Source: Somniosus microcephalus (Eukaryota). Taken from it: 64,000 bases of DNA. Of this stretch, positions 23,577-34,796 are shown in pieces. How positions within the stretch are numbered: position 1 is the first letter of the stretch; each line of letters begins with the position of its first letter. Where the stretch lies: assembly GCA_052327205.1 (NCBI GenBank), contig CM126208.1, forward strand, positions 26,288,001 to 26,352,000. The letters are read 5' to 3'. The position numbers were made by a program, and so were the translations under genes. The notes beneath the pieces are model-generated. The model had not been told where the DNA came from. It saw only the letters and a program-made list of their open reading frames with translations, and ran no database searches.

Positions 23577-24015
23577 CAGGAAACTCTCGATTTACCTGCA
23601 CCTTAATAACTGGAAATCTCTGTTAACCGGCAAAATTCAGGAGTAGGTTCAGGTAAGTTTTACTTCATATTAGTGGCCGTTCCTGGATCTGTGGCTGTGT
23701 AACCGGGGTTCCTGCACCTGTTGCTAAGCAACAGGGACGCCTGGATCTTGTGGCCGGGGTTCCTGCACCTGTTGCTAAGCAACAGGGATGCCTGGATCTT
23801 GTGGCCGGGGTTCCTGCACCTGTTGCTAAGCAACAGGGATGCTTGGTCTGTGGCCGGGGTTCCTGCACCTGTTGCTAAGCAACAGGGAAGCCTGGATTTG
23901 TTGCTGTGTACGGAGCTCTCGTACCTTTTACTATACCTCTCTGTAATCTGGACTTTTTGATAAACCGGCACCACGCCGGTCCCGTCAGTGCCGGATTTTA
24001 AAAAAAAGTTTCCTG
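23577..24015 (-). mobile_element. TA-targeting MITE, copy C, with internal tandem repeat
   Basis: TA|CAGGAAACT...AGTTTCCTG|TA; host CR1 sequence rejoins across it. Confidence 0.8.
23703..23900. repeat. Four copies of a 49-51-bp tandem repeat containing a 19-bp near-palindrome
   Basis: Unit CCGGGGTTCCTGCACCTGTTGCTAAGCAACAGGGAYGCCTGGATCTTGTGG; palindromes start at 23717, 23768, 23819 and 23868. Confidence 0.92.
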
Positions 24016-24109
24016 TATTTGTCAAACACAATTTCCCTTTCATAAATCTGTGTTGACTCTGCCTAATCATAATATTCCAGATCATCATAGCTCGCGTTTT
24101 TAAAAAAAA

Positions 24110-24600
24110 TTCTCATGTCACCTCTGGTTCTTTTGCTAATCACCTTAAATCTGTGTCCTCTGGTTACCTACCCTCCTGCCACTGGAAACAGTTTCTCCTT
24201 ATTTATTCTATCAAAACCCTTCATGATTTTGAACACCTCTATCAAATCTCCTCTTAACCTCCCCTGCTCTAAGGAGAACACTCCCAGCTTCCCCAGTCTC
24301 TCTACATAACTGAATTCCCTCATCCCTGGTACCATTCTAGTAAATCTCTTCTGCACCCTCTCCAAGGTCTTGGCATCCTTCCTAAAGTGTCGTGCCCAGA
24401 ATTGAACACACTGCTGAGGGCTAACCAGTGTGTTATTAAAGTTTAGCATAACTTCCTTGCTTTTGGACTCTCTTCGTCCATTCATAAAGCCAAGGATCCC
24501 ATGTGCTTTTTTAACGGCCTTCTCAACTTCAAAGATTGGTGTGCGTACACCCCCAGGGGTCTCTGTTCCTGCACCCCCTTTAAAATTGTACCATTTAGTT
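24110..24600 (-). mobile_element. CR1 LINE fragment
   Basis: ORF 24168-24485 is a CR1 C-terminal region. Confidence 0.85.
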
Positions 24601-24849
24601 TATATTATCATAAACAAATTGATCTGTTGAGTTGACAAATTCCGATCTTTGTTGCTCAAGGTGAGGTGTGGTGGTGGGGGGGTGGGTGGAGAGCAAGGCC
24701 TGACATCCTTATGGTTGACTGTGTGTCAGGGAAACAGAACCCAAAATACCTCTCTCCTACCGTCATTTGCTGCACTCCGTGTGTTCCTGCCGCTCGCCTC
24801 CTCCCTGACCCTTTTTGTGCTCTCAGGTACATCTTGGTTTTATGAGAAT

Positions 24850-25300
24850 AAAGAAAAGATCTTGCATTTCTATAGCGCCTTTCACAACCTCAGGAAGTCC
24901 CAAAGCACTTTACAGCCAATGAAGTCTTGTTGTAATGTAGGAAACGCAGCAACCAATTTGCGCATGGCAAGCTCCCACAAACAGCGATATGATAATGACT
25001 GGATAAGCTGTTTTTAGTGATGTTGGTTGAGGGATAAATATTGGCCAGGACACCGGGGAGAACTCCCCTGCTCTTCTTCGAAATAGTGCCTTGGGTTCTG
25101 TTATGACCACCTGAGAGAGCAGACAGGGCCTTGGTTTAACGTCTCATCCAAAAGACGGCACCTCTGACAGTGCAGCACTCCCATAGCACTGCTGGGAGCG
25201 TCAGCCTAGATTTGTGTGCTCAAGTCCCTGGAGTGGGACTTGAACCCACAACCTTCTGACTCCGAGGCGAGGGTGCTACCCACTGAGCCACGGCTGACAG
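24850..25300 (-). mobile_element. Deu-domain SINE, near full length
   Basis: Head, Deu core and L2-type tail present. Confidence 0.82.
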
Positions 25301-27484
25301 TTAAAGTATTTAAGGGAAAACTTGCACTTTCAGTACTCCTGACACGTGCCGGATTAACAGATGGAAAATATCAGCTTGGGCACGTGCAGTTTCTCTGAGC
25401 CTCTGGCATGTGCCAGGAGCACACAAGCCAGAAATCTACCCGTTGGAGCACTTAGTGAGTTTTCTGACTGATGGGAGGAGATTTTCAACTTGCTGCCCGA
25501 GAGTAAACTGGTGTTGTCGACCCACCCTGTTCCGCCACCCGCCCCATTATTATTTCAATAGTAATGAAAAGCAGGCGGTTTCTAGAACAGGCAGGCAATC
25601 CGCAACACCTGCTTTACACCTGGGCAGCAAGTTGAAAATCTACCGCATAATCTTTAATAAACCCAAACAAACACAAATGACCTCAATAGTCAGTAAATTC
25701 AGTTACTCAAGTTTCATATATTAAAAAAAGGTTGACATTTTTTTAAACTGAATTCTTGGCAAAAAACAAACGCTGGACAATCTTCAAACCGCACTTGTTC
25801 TAATTACAACTATCTATCTGTAAGAAGTTCATGCTAGAAAACATAATTTGTCATGCTAGAAAACATCATTTGTCAATACATTTAAACATTAACTTGCCCA
25901 AAAATAGAAGCCGGGAATTTCCTTGGAGCTGCTGGACTTGAGTTTCCGCCACCGCTTCCGGTGACGTAGCAGGGAGTAACCTCAAGGTCATTTGCAGAAC
26001 TCCGTCTCCAGTTTGTTTCAGTAGTGATTTTGGAAAAAGCACGAAACTCAAATCCTCAGCAGATGAGACGCAAACGCCCTGTGCCCTGCGACTTGTTCGA
26101 ATGCACAGATTGCATGTTCGGACATCCTGCAAGCTCTAGCTGGTTAGAATACGGAGGTCAAAATATCCAGTCTGAGCCCAGGCTTTCAAGACGTGTGTTG
26201 TGTGCCCTTGGGTAAAAGCCTTTTAAGGCATAAAAGGAGATTTAAAATGTAATCATATAACTTTCTTGACATTTTAATTTTATTTAAAACCTTAATTTTT
26301 TTTAAAAAGGCCGGGCAAAAATGTTTCCAAAAAAATCATTTTGAATGATTCGATTGGTTCATGAATTGTGGCTTTGAAAGTTGATGCAACAAAATAGGGA
26401 AATAATGACCTACAAATTTACAATTCAAAAAGTTCAACGTGTGACCAAAAATTATGACCCCAGCAAGTAACGTTTGTCGATGGGAAAAATATGCCCTACC
26501 CAGGATTTTTAATAAAATAACAAAATATATGCAGTCGTAGTTGTAGTCCAAGTTGTAAATAATTAAAAATGGTAACTAGCAGTAAAAAAGTTTTAATTTT
26601 TGTTACAAGATTTTCTTTCCTCCCCTTTCACAGTACCAATCAGTACAACTGTACAATGCTCCACAAATTGTACAAGGAATGGTACTGCTGGAGGATGAGT
26701 ATCAATAAAACCAGGCATTTAAGTGTGGGAGCCGCACTGAATTTATCTAAAAATATTCTGGTAATTCGACATGATCTATATTCACACACAGTCTTAAGTT
26801 TTTTTTGTGGGGTGGTGGAGGAAGTGAGTGGTGGGGGGAAGAGAAGAGGAGGTGTACTTTCATGCATAATGGATAAAACAACTTGGCATTAGACAGAAAG
26901 TTGGTCTGATATTATGAAGCTACAGCAGTGACAGTGACCAAGAGCCTACCCAATGTCAAAAGTTCCTCGTTAGTCCTGTTTTTTTTGTTTTGGTCGATCA
27001 AACCAGTGGTTTGAAGAAAAACTTCGATTTGGAATATTAAAAGTTCTTTGCAATTGTCACTGTGCAGCACCCTTCTCCAGTCAGGAAGGGGACATTTACT
27101 CCCAAGATTGGAGCTTGCTGCACAGGGAAGCACGACCAGAAACGGTGCACTTTACTCTACCTCGGTACCTGCCCCAATTAATATTTTTCAGTTTTGTACT
27201 CTTTCATAGAATCATAGAAACTTACAGGAGGCCATTCGGCCTGTTGCGCCTGCACTTAGACCCACATCCTCGCCTTCTGTCCGTAGCTTCCTCATCCTCA
27301 AGTACCCGTCCAACTCCCTTTTAAAATCATTTATGGAATCAGCTTCTACCACCTGTTCAGATCCCGACAACTGAGTGAAAACATTTCTTCTCCTCTCCCT
27401 GGTTATTGATTCACATGCCAGAGGGAGTCATTGGTCCATATTTATTCTTACCAAAACATTTCATCATCTTGAAAATCTCTATTA

Positions 27485-29056
27485 CAATTCACAATTCAAA
27501 TCGCTTTATTGGCATGATAAGTTACATCTTATGTTGCCAAAGCATCAAAATACATTTATGGTTGAGCACATAAACGCAGTTCTATTCATACAGTGTATAA
27601 ACAGGTATATCCCTGAGTGTATAAATATACATTCGCATTGTTTATATATATTCATTTCTTAGTTTACTGGTTGTCCCTCTGTTCATGGCAAGCTGTAACA
27701 TAGTGTGCCGCCAGTGTTACACAGCTTCTCTCTTCTCCCAGTAGGAATGGGAGTTTTTGGTTGTCATTCAGATTTCTGAATTCAGGGCATATTTGTGAGA
27801 ATTTTTGGTAGAAATTCTCCCTGATGTCCTGATATTTTCCACAGGCTGTGAGGAAGTGCATCTCTGTCTCCACTACTCCCTGACTGCAGTGAGAGCATAT
27901 CCTGTCTTCTCTTGGCAGCCTGGTCTGCCTGTGTCTGCCTTTTTCGATCGCTAGGCTATGTTCGCTAAGTCTGTACCTTGTCAAGGTTCTTCTCCGTTTG
28001 TTATCCTTTACCATGGTCAGGTAATCAGCTATGTTGTATTGTCTGTTTAGGGCCAAGTAGCAATTGAGTTTGCTTTGGGTTTTTGTTGTTTCTGCCCAAT
28101 ATGTCAGATATTTTTCCTTTTGCTTAGCGACGATTGTGTTGGGTCGAATTCTTTGTGTTACCCTGTCACTGTCCTGGGGCTGGTTATTGTTAGTATTGTT
28201 AGTAGTTACTTCACTGAGTCCCAGGACTAGTTGACTGAGGGTATTCTTCTTTATGGTCAGCTCTTGGCATTTCAGGGCGTCATAGTGATAGCATTGGGGG
28301 TTGCTCATTTGTAGGTGATTCCAAAATTTGGTGGCTCTTTTTTGGATAGTGATTATTAATGGATATTGGCCTAGTTCCGCCCTGCATGCATTGTTTACTG
28401 TTTTCCATTGAGTCCGGAGGATACTTTTACAGAATTCTGCATGTAGGATCTCAATTGGGTGTTTGTCCCATTTTGCGAATTCTTGTTGAGTTAGCGGTCC
28501 CCATACCTCACTGCCATAGAGTGCAATTGGTTCAATTACTGATTTGAAAATTTTGAGCCAAATGCTAATTGGGATTTCTATTTGGATTGATTTTTTGATG
28601 GCATAGAAAGCCCTTCTTGCTTTCTCTTTCAGTTCATTCACAGCCAGTTTGAAATTTCCCGTAGAACTGATTTTTAAGCCCAAGTATGTGTAGTTAGTGG
28701 TTTGTTCAATTTTGGTTGTTCCTACTGTGAAATTTATTTTGGGTCCCTGATGTTTGGATCTTTGCTGGAACACAAGGACTTTGGTTTTTTGGGGATTTAT
28801 TGTCAGGGCCCAAGTCTGGCAGTACGACTCCAGCAGGTCCAGGTTCTGCTGTAGACCCTCTTTAGTTGGTGACAGCAGAACCAGGTCGTCTGCATAGAGG
28901 AGGAATTTAACCTTGGATTCATATAGGGTGAGGCCGGGTGCTGTAGATTGTTCAAGTAGTTTTGCCAATCCATTTATGTAAATATTAAAGAGTGTCGGTG
29001 AGATTGGCGAGCCCTGCGTCACCCCCCGCCCCTGTGGGAAGTATTTTGTTTGTTTG
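27485..29056 (-). mobile_element. 5'-truncated RTEX-like LINE, uninterrupted RT C-terminal half with CCHC finger
   Basis: 452-aa ORF with QGSPISPTLF, YADD, YLG, RAELGQYPL, RLSEHSLAIEKGR and C..C.....E.E.HFL..C. AATAAA plus (GAATT)-like tail. 9-bp TSD TCTCTATTA (27476-27484, 29057-29065) inside a CR1 fragment. Confidence 0.85.
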
Positions 29057-29204
29057 TCTCTATTAGGTCACCTCTTAACCTTCTCTGGTCCTAACTTTTC
29101 CAACCTTTCCTCGTAACTGAAGTCCCTCATCCTCCTCTGCACCCTTTGTAAGTCTTTCCTGAAGAGTGGTGCCCAGAATTGTCCACAATACTCCAGCTTT
29201 TTTT

Positions 29205-29598
29205 TTATACGTTCCTGGGATGTGGGTGTCGTTGGCAAGGCCGGCATTTATTGCCCATCCCTAATTGCCCTCGAGAAGATGGTGGTGAGCCGCCTTTTTG
29301 AATACAACTGAGTGGCTTGCTGGGCCATTTCGGAGGGCGGTTAAGAGTCAGCTGTGGGTCTGGAGTTGTGTATAGGCCAGACCGGGTAAGGACGGCAGAT
29401 TTCCTTCCCTAAAGGTCATTAGTGAACCAGATGGGTTTTTACGACAATCCAGTGGTTTCATGGTCACCATTACTGAGATACTAGCTTTCCAGATTTATTT
29501 AATTAACTGAATTTAAATTCCACAACTGCTGTGGTGGGATTTGAACTCGCGTCTCTGGATTACTCGTCCAGTAAGCTAACCACAATGCTACCGTTCCC
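29205..29598 (-). mobile_element. tRNA-derived SINE family B
   Basis: Head with GAGTTCAAATCCC; tail shared with the LINE at 15497-16905. Other copies at about 32905-33220, 45808-46200 and 56990-57330. Confidence 0.75.
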
Positions 29599-30253
29599 GT
29601 AAGGTTTATAAAGTTCTGTGTTGTCTCCTGAGCACTTTATTTATTCCTACAACATCCCTCTTTAATCAAAGCCCCCATTATTAATCTCGTTTGTGTATTA
29701 CAGTATTCCAGTTGACTGGGTTATCCAATGAAAGGTTCAGTAACTGTTGCTCATTAAGTAGTTACAAATAATAGTTTTCATCAATTGAATTTCCCTTTTT
29801 TTAAGTCCTGCAGCATTTGGAGTCAGTGACGCACAGCACCAGAATGTGAGCTTTTGCCCAATGTTTAGCATCTGTTGTTTCACTGTAGGTCAGGCACTCC
29901 ACTGCACAAAAGGGGACCAATTAAAGGGATAGCCATCTCCTGGTAACTCTTGCACAGTCCTGAGCACCCAAATAGGGCATGGGCAACCATCCTCGTCATT
30001 TGATGTATATTTCCCAGTAAGACACGGTTCGAAAAAGGAAGAGAATTACTTTTATAAAAAAACCAGAAAATTGGAAATAAATGAATTACGTTCAAAAATT
30101 GCGTTTAAAAGTAACTCCACGGCCAGTATGTGTTCAGTGTAGTACTTGCACTGTGGTGATCAGCGCACTGCTGTATTTATTAAAAGTAAAATGGAGTTTT
30201 CTTTTTTGAAAAAGACACATTAGATGCTGAAAAAAACTTCTTTTTATTTTCAG

Positions 30254-30365
30254 AGGTATTAATGTGACTCCGTTTCTCGAGTTTATAGGAGCACCGAAAA
30301 CTATAATACATATTTTGAGTCATTCTCAGAGTGGACATGCATTGACTGCTTATGCATTGTATAAG
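30254..30365 (+). CDS. FAM210A: FAM210A second coding exon (112 bp)
   Basis: Acceptor TTTTATTTTCAG, (K)GINVTPFLEFIGAPKTIIHILSHSQSGHALTAYALYK, donor AAG|GTGAGT. Phases join both neighbouring exons. Confidence 0.93.
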
Positions 30366-30439
30366 GTGAGTAACGTGTTAAATTGAGCAGGGTTTTGCAT
30401 TGCTAGTAACTTGTTGATCTGCTGCACTGTATAGTATTT

Positions 30440-31830
30440 ACAGCACAGAAACAGGCCATTCGGCCCAACGGTTCCATGCCGGTGTTTATGCTCCACACGA
30501 GCCTCCTTCATCTAACCCTATCACCATATCCCTCTATGCTTTTTGCCGCAACCACTCCCTGTGGTAGCGAGTTCCACATTCTCACCACTCTCTGGGTAAA
30601 GAAGTTTCTCCTGAATTCCTTATTGGGTTTATTAGTAACTATCTTATATTGATGGCCCTTAGTTGTGCTCCCGCCCACAAGAGGAAACACCTTCTCTACG
30701 TCTATCCGATCAAACCTTTTCATAATAAATCTATCGGGTCACCCCTCTGTCATCTCTTTTCTAGAACATACGAATTAGGAGCAGGAGTCGGCCCCTCGAG
30801 CCTGCTCCGCCATTCAATAAGATCATGGCTGATTTGATTACTCCACATTCCCGCCTACCCCCGATAACTTTTCACCCCCTTGCTTACCAAGAATCTCTCT
30901 ACCTCTGCCTTAAAAATATTCAAAGACTCTGCTTCCACCGCCCTCTGAGGAAGAGAGTTCCAAAGACTCACGATCCTCTGTGAGAAAAAATTTCTCCTCA
31001 TCTCTGTCTTAAATGGGCGACCCCTTATTTTTAATCAGTGACCCCTAGTTCTAGATTCTCCCACAAGAGGAAACATCCTCTCCACATCCACCCTGTCCAG
31101 ACCCCTCAGGATCTTATGTTTCAATCAAGTCACCTCTTATTCTTCTAAACTCCCAACAGATACAAGCCTAGCCTGTCCAACCTTTCCTCATAAGACAACC
31201 CGCCCATTCCAGGTATTAGTCTGGTAAACCTTCTCTGAACTGCCTCCAATGCATTTACATCCTTCCTTAAATAAGGAGACCAATCCTGTACACAGTACTC
31301 CAGATGTGGTCTCACCACTGCCCTGTACAACTGAAGCATAACCTCCCTACTTTCTGTATTCAATTACCCTCGCAATAAACGATAACATTCTATTAGCTTT
31401 CCTAATTACTTGCTGTACCTGCACAGTAACCTTTTGTGATTCATGCACTAGGACACCCAGATCCCTCTGCCTCTCAGAACTCTGCAATCTCTCACCATCT
31501 AGATAATATGCTTCTTTTTTATTCTTCCTGCCAAAATGGACAACTTCACATTTTCCCACATTATACTCCATTTGCCAGATCTTTGTCCACTCACTTAACC
31601 TATCTATATCCCTTTGTAGCCTCCTTATGTCCTCTTCACAATTTACTTTCCTACCTATCTTTGTGTCATCAGCAAATTTAGCAACCATACCTTCGGTCCC
31701 TTCATCCAAGTCATTTATATAAATTGTAAAAAGTTGGGGCCCCAGCACTGATCAATGTGGCACACCACTCGTTACATCTTGCCAACCAGAAAATGACCCA
31801 TTTATGCCTACTCTTTGTTTCCTGTTAGCT
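30440..31830 (-). mobile_element. Two adjacent CR1 fragments
   Basis: ORFs 30508-30723, 31145-31363 and 31347-31748 (KFADDTK). Confidence 0.88.
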
Positions 31831-32904
31831 AGGAGAAAAGAGCCCCAATATAATAGCAAAATACTGTGGATGCTGGAAATCTGCCTGTTCAATCTTTCCT
31901 GATAGGTATAACCTCTCAGTTATAGTATTGTTCTAGTAAAGCTTTTTTGCACCTTCTCTAGTGTCTCTATATCCTTTTTATAATATGGAGACCAGAGCTG
32001 AGTTTATAATTTGTTTTTTTAAATCAGGGTAGTGTTTGGGTCTTATTTTGTTACAACAACAACGACTTGCATTTATATAGCGCCTTTAATGTAGTAAAAC
32101 GACCCAAGGTGCTTCACAGGAACAATTATCAAACAGAATTTTGATCTGTTAAGTGGCTAGGCAGACAAATGGCGAATGAAATTTAATACTGATGAATGTA
32201 AAGTACTGTACTGTGGAAGAAGGTATAAGGAGATAATACAATTAACATAGGGAGACTTGGAGAGATGGCCGAGAGTGACAGTAACCTTGTCACTTTCAAT
32301 GTCCAGACAATGTGGAGAAGCCTAACCAGATCACTGGCGTGAGGGTGGGGGGGGCAGTAATGTGTTCTTTGGCACCCATCGCACTGCTGTGCATCAGCTC
32401 CTAGCATTATGGGATGCTTGGGCCTGTTCATTGACCCTGTGTGAGGCATATTAAGAGCCAGCGTACCTGTTGTGCACTAGGCTCATTAAGGTCCTGTTTT
32501 TAAAAAAAAAATGTAAGTAATGCTACGCACCATTAAGTGTTCACAGCACCTGACCAGTGCTCCAGATATTCAGCATTTATATCAAATCACGTCACTCCCC
32601 TCAATTTGGGTCTTGCAGTGTTTTGCTGTTGATCTGTTTGCCTCTTACTGATTCACTGCCTCCCATGCTGCATTGCTGTAGTGGGAGACCGTTACTGGAA
32701 GTTCGCCGAGAGCGCTTGAGCTTCACCAGATCTGTTCCTGTTTTTCCCAGGGAACAATAAGAGGTGTTTTGGGCATCTCTCTGGGCATTCCTCCGCTTGC
32801 AGTTTGAAGAGGAGACCGGTGCATTTGCATCTCGATAGAGCAGTGAGCCACCCATCCTTGTGCTTCTGCAGCCACACCTGAGAAACAAAGTTTTTTTTTT
32901 TTTT

Positions 32905-33220
32905 ATATTGCCCACCTCTAATTGCCCTTTGATACAACCGAGTGGCTCGCTGGGCCATTTCAGAGGGCAGTTAAGAGTCAACCACATTGCTGTGGGTCTG
33001 GAGTCACATATAGGTCAGACTGGGTAAGGACGGCAGATTTCCTTCCCTAAAGGGCAAACCAAATGGGTTTTTATGACAATCTGGTAGTTTCATGGTCACT
33101 AGCTTTTTATTCCAGATTTATTTAATTAACTGAATTTAAATTCCTCAGCTGCCGTGGTGGGATTTGAACTTGTGTCTCTGGATCATTAGCCCATTAACGT
33201 AACCACTATGCTATCATACC
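32905..33220 (-). mobile_element. SINE family B
   Basis: Homologous to 29205-29598. Confidence 0.72.
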
Positions 33221-33539
33221 CTTTAATATCAGGAACTGCTCTCCAGGTGACTACGGCCTTGATTTTCTTTTTAAGCCATTGGGTCTTTCCAAGCAACAGG
33301 AGGAGATAGTTGTCAAATCTCCCAACTTGGAGTACAACTTGCATTATGTAGGGGTGGGAAGCCTCGTTTTGCTGGCTCCCACAACTCCTCAACTAACCCA
33401 TGGAAAACAGGCAGCGACATCATCTGGCTGGATTTCCCAAAGTGCTACCCCTTTAATGAACAGAATGTGGTTTCACTCCAATCCAGTGTAGCTACCTGTG
33501 ACCAGTGGGAACTGAGCTGTGCATGTGCTACTCTGGAGT

Positions 33540-34230
33540 TGCCATGATCTATTTCATGGCAATCCATGGCATAGTTATTCATGGGCCATGGCGGTGGACC
33601 AAGGCACCCACTGCCTGGGGAAAAACCCATAGACAAGAAATGAAAAGCTGCATAATGAGGCATACTGTGCTACCAGAATCTTGATGGAGCATGCCATCAG
33701 CATCCTTCTTAGGCAGTCCCTCGGGACCGAGGATGACTTGCTTCCACACTAAAAATGAGTTCTCAGGTGACTGATGAGTCCAATGCGGGACCTACAATCT
33801 CTGTCACAGGTGGGGCAGACGGTGGTTGAAGGGGTGGGTGGGTTGACATGCGCTCCTTGCGCTTGGCTTCCGCTTGCTCCCGGCAAAGGGACTCGAGGTG
33901 TTCGGTGCCTTCCCAGATGCTTCTCCTCCACTTTGTGCGGTCTTGGGCCGGGGATTCCCAGGTGTCGGTGGGGATGCTGCACTTTTTCAAGGAGGCTTTG
34001 AGGGTGTCCTTGAAGCGTTTCCTCTGCCCACCTGGGGCTCTCTTGCCATGTCGGAGCTCCGAGTAGAGCGCCTGTTTTGGGAGTCTCGTATTGGGCATGC
34101 GGACGATGTGACCCGTCCATCGGAGCTGATCGAGCGTGGTCAGAGCTTCAATGCAGCATCGCTTAGAATTGCTACCAATCGGGGAGTGCTGCAGTGCAAC
34201 CCGGCAACAGTGTCTAAAATTATTGCCGCC
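33540..34230 (+). mobile_element. Degenerate PIF/Harbinger transposase fragment, split by an RTE insertion
   Basis: HNEAYCATRILMEHAI before the RTE and LQCNPATVSKIIAACCVLH after it resemble the HARBI1-type C-terminus. Confidence 0.55.
33705..34153 (-). mobile_element. RTE-clade LINE 3' fragment
   Basis: RMPNTRLPKQALYSELRHGKRAPGGQRKRFKDTLKASL; (AAG) tail; 7-bp TSD CAGCATC (33698-33704, 34154-34160). Confidence 0.88.
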
Positions 34231-34562
34231 TGTTGTGTTTTACACATTTGCCCTGAAAAAAAAAAAAGTCCTTGCTGTAGAGCAAACAGCAGAAGACTTT
34301 TCAAGGAAGTTACAGTTTTGTGAAATTAATACTTGACACCCCCATCTCTTTCCCCCCCCCCCCCCCCCTTCAGTAAAACTCATGGCTATCTGACGATACA
34401 ATCTACACTTATCAACTTCTATTTTTGGTCAGGATTTATGTGTGTTTTATTATCCCTGGCTAACCGTGACATTCAGCCCTGCATCTTTACAGGATCTGAC
34501 TTTTCAAATCTTTAGAACTTCTACTGTATATTAATTTTTTTTTAAACTTTTCTATTCTATAG

Positions 34563-34796
34563 CTTGCCACACCAGCCAGGTACACTGTCACTTTGGGAGG
34601 AACGTCCTTTGCAGTTAAGTATCTCCGCTCTCATGGCTACTTGTCGACACCACCTCCCATGAGGGGATACATACAGGATAGAATGGAGGAAACCAGAGAG
34701 CGATTTTCAGAAAAAATGGAAGAAACAAAAGAACTGCTAGCTGATAAAATACAAGAAACCAAAGACATGGTCTCCTTTAGGAAGAAAAAAGAATAA
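34563..34796 (+). CDS. FAM210A: FAM210A last coding exon (coiled-coil tail)
   Basis: Acceptor TTCTATTCTATAG; LATPARYTVTLGGTSFAVKYLRSHGYLSTPPPMRGYIQDRMEETRE...KIQETKDMVSFRKKKE*. This EET-repeat tail is characteristic of FAM210A rather than FAM210B. Confidence 0.94.
   Translation, partial: LATPARYTVTLGGTSFAVKYLRSHGYLSTPPPMRGYIQDRMEETRERFSEKMEETKELLADKIQETKDMVSFRKKKE

Larger units (their letters stand above)
21730..24075 (-). mobile_element. CR1 LINE carrying nested CR1 and MITE insertions
   Basis: CR1 RT pieces continue on both sides of 22020-22672 and 23577-24015. Confidence 0.85.

Noticed and set aside
23703-23900. CRISPR-like array of palindromic repeats
   Set aside because: The sequences between palindromes are near-identical rather than unique spacers, there are no cas genes, and the array sits in a eukaryotic MITE.
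20697-34796. Calling the gene FAM210B
   Set aside because: The DPLQD..I.LFQRFKKTF motif and the EET-repeat coiled-coil tail are FAM210A features.
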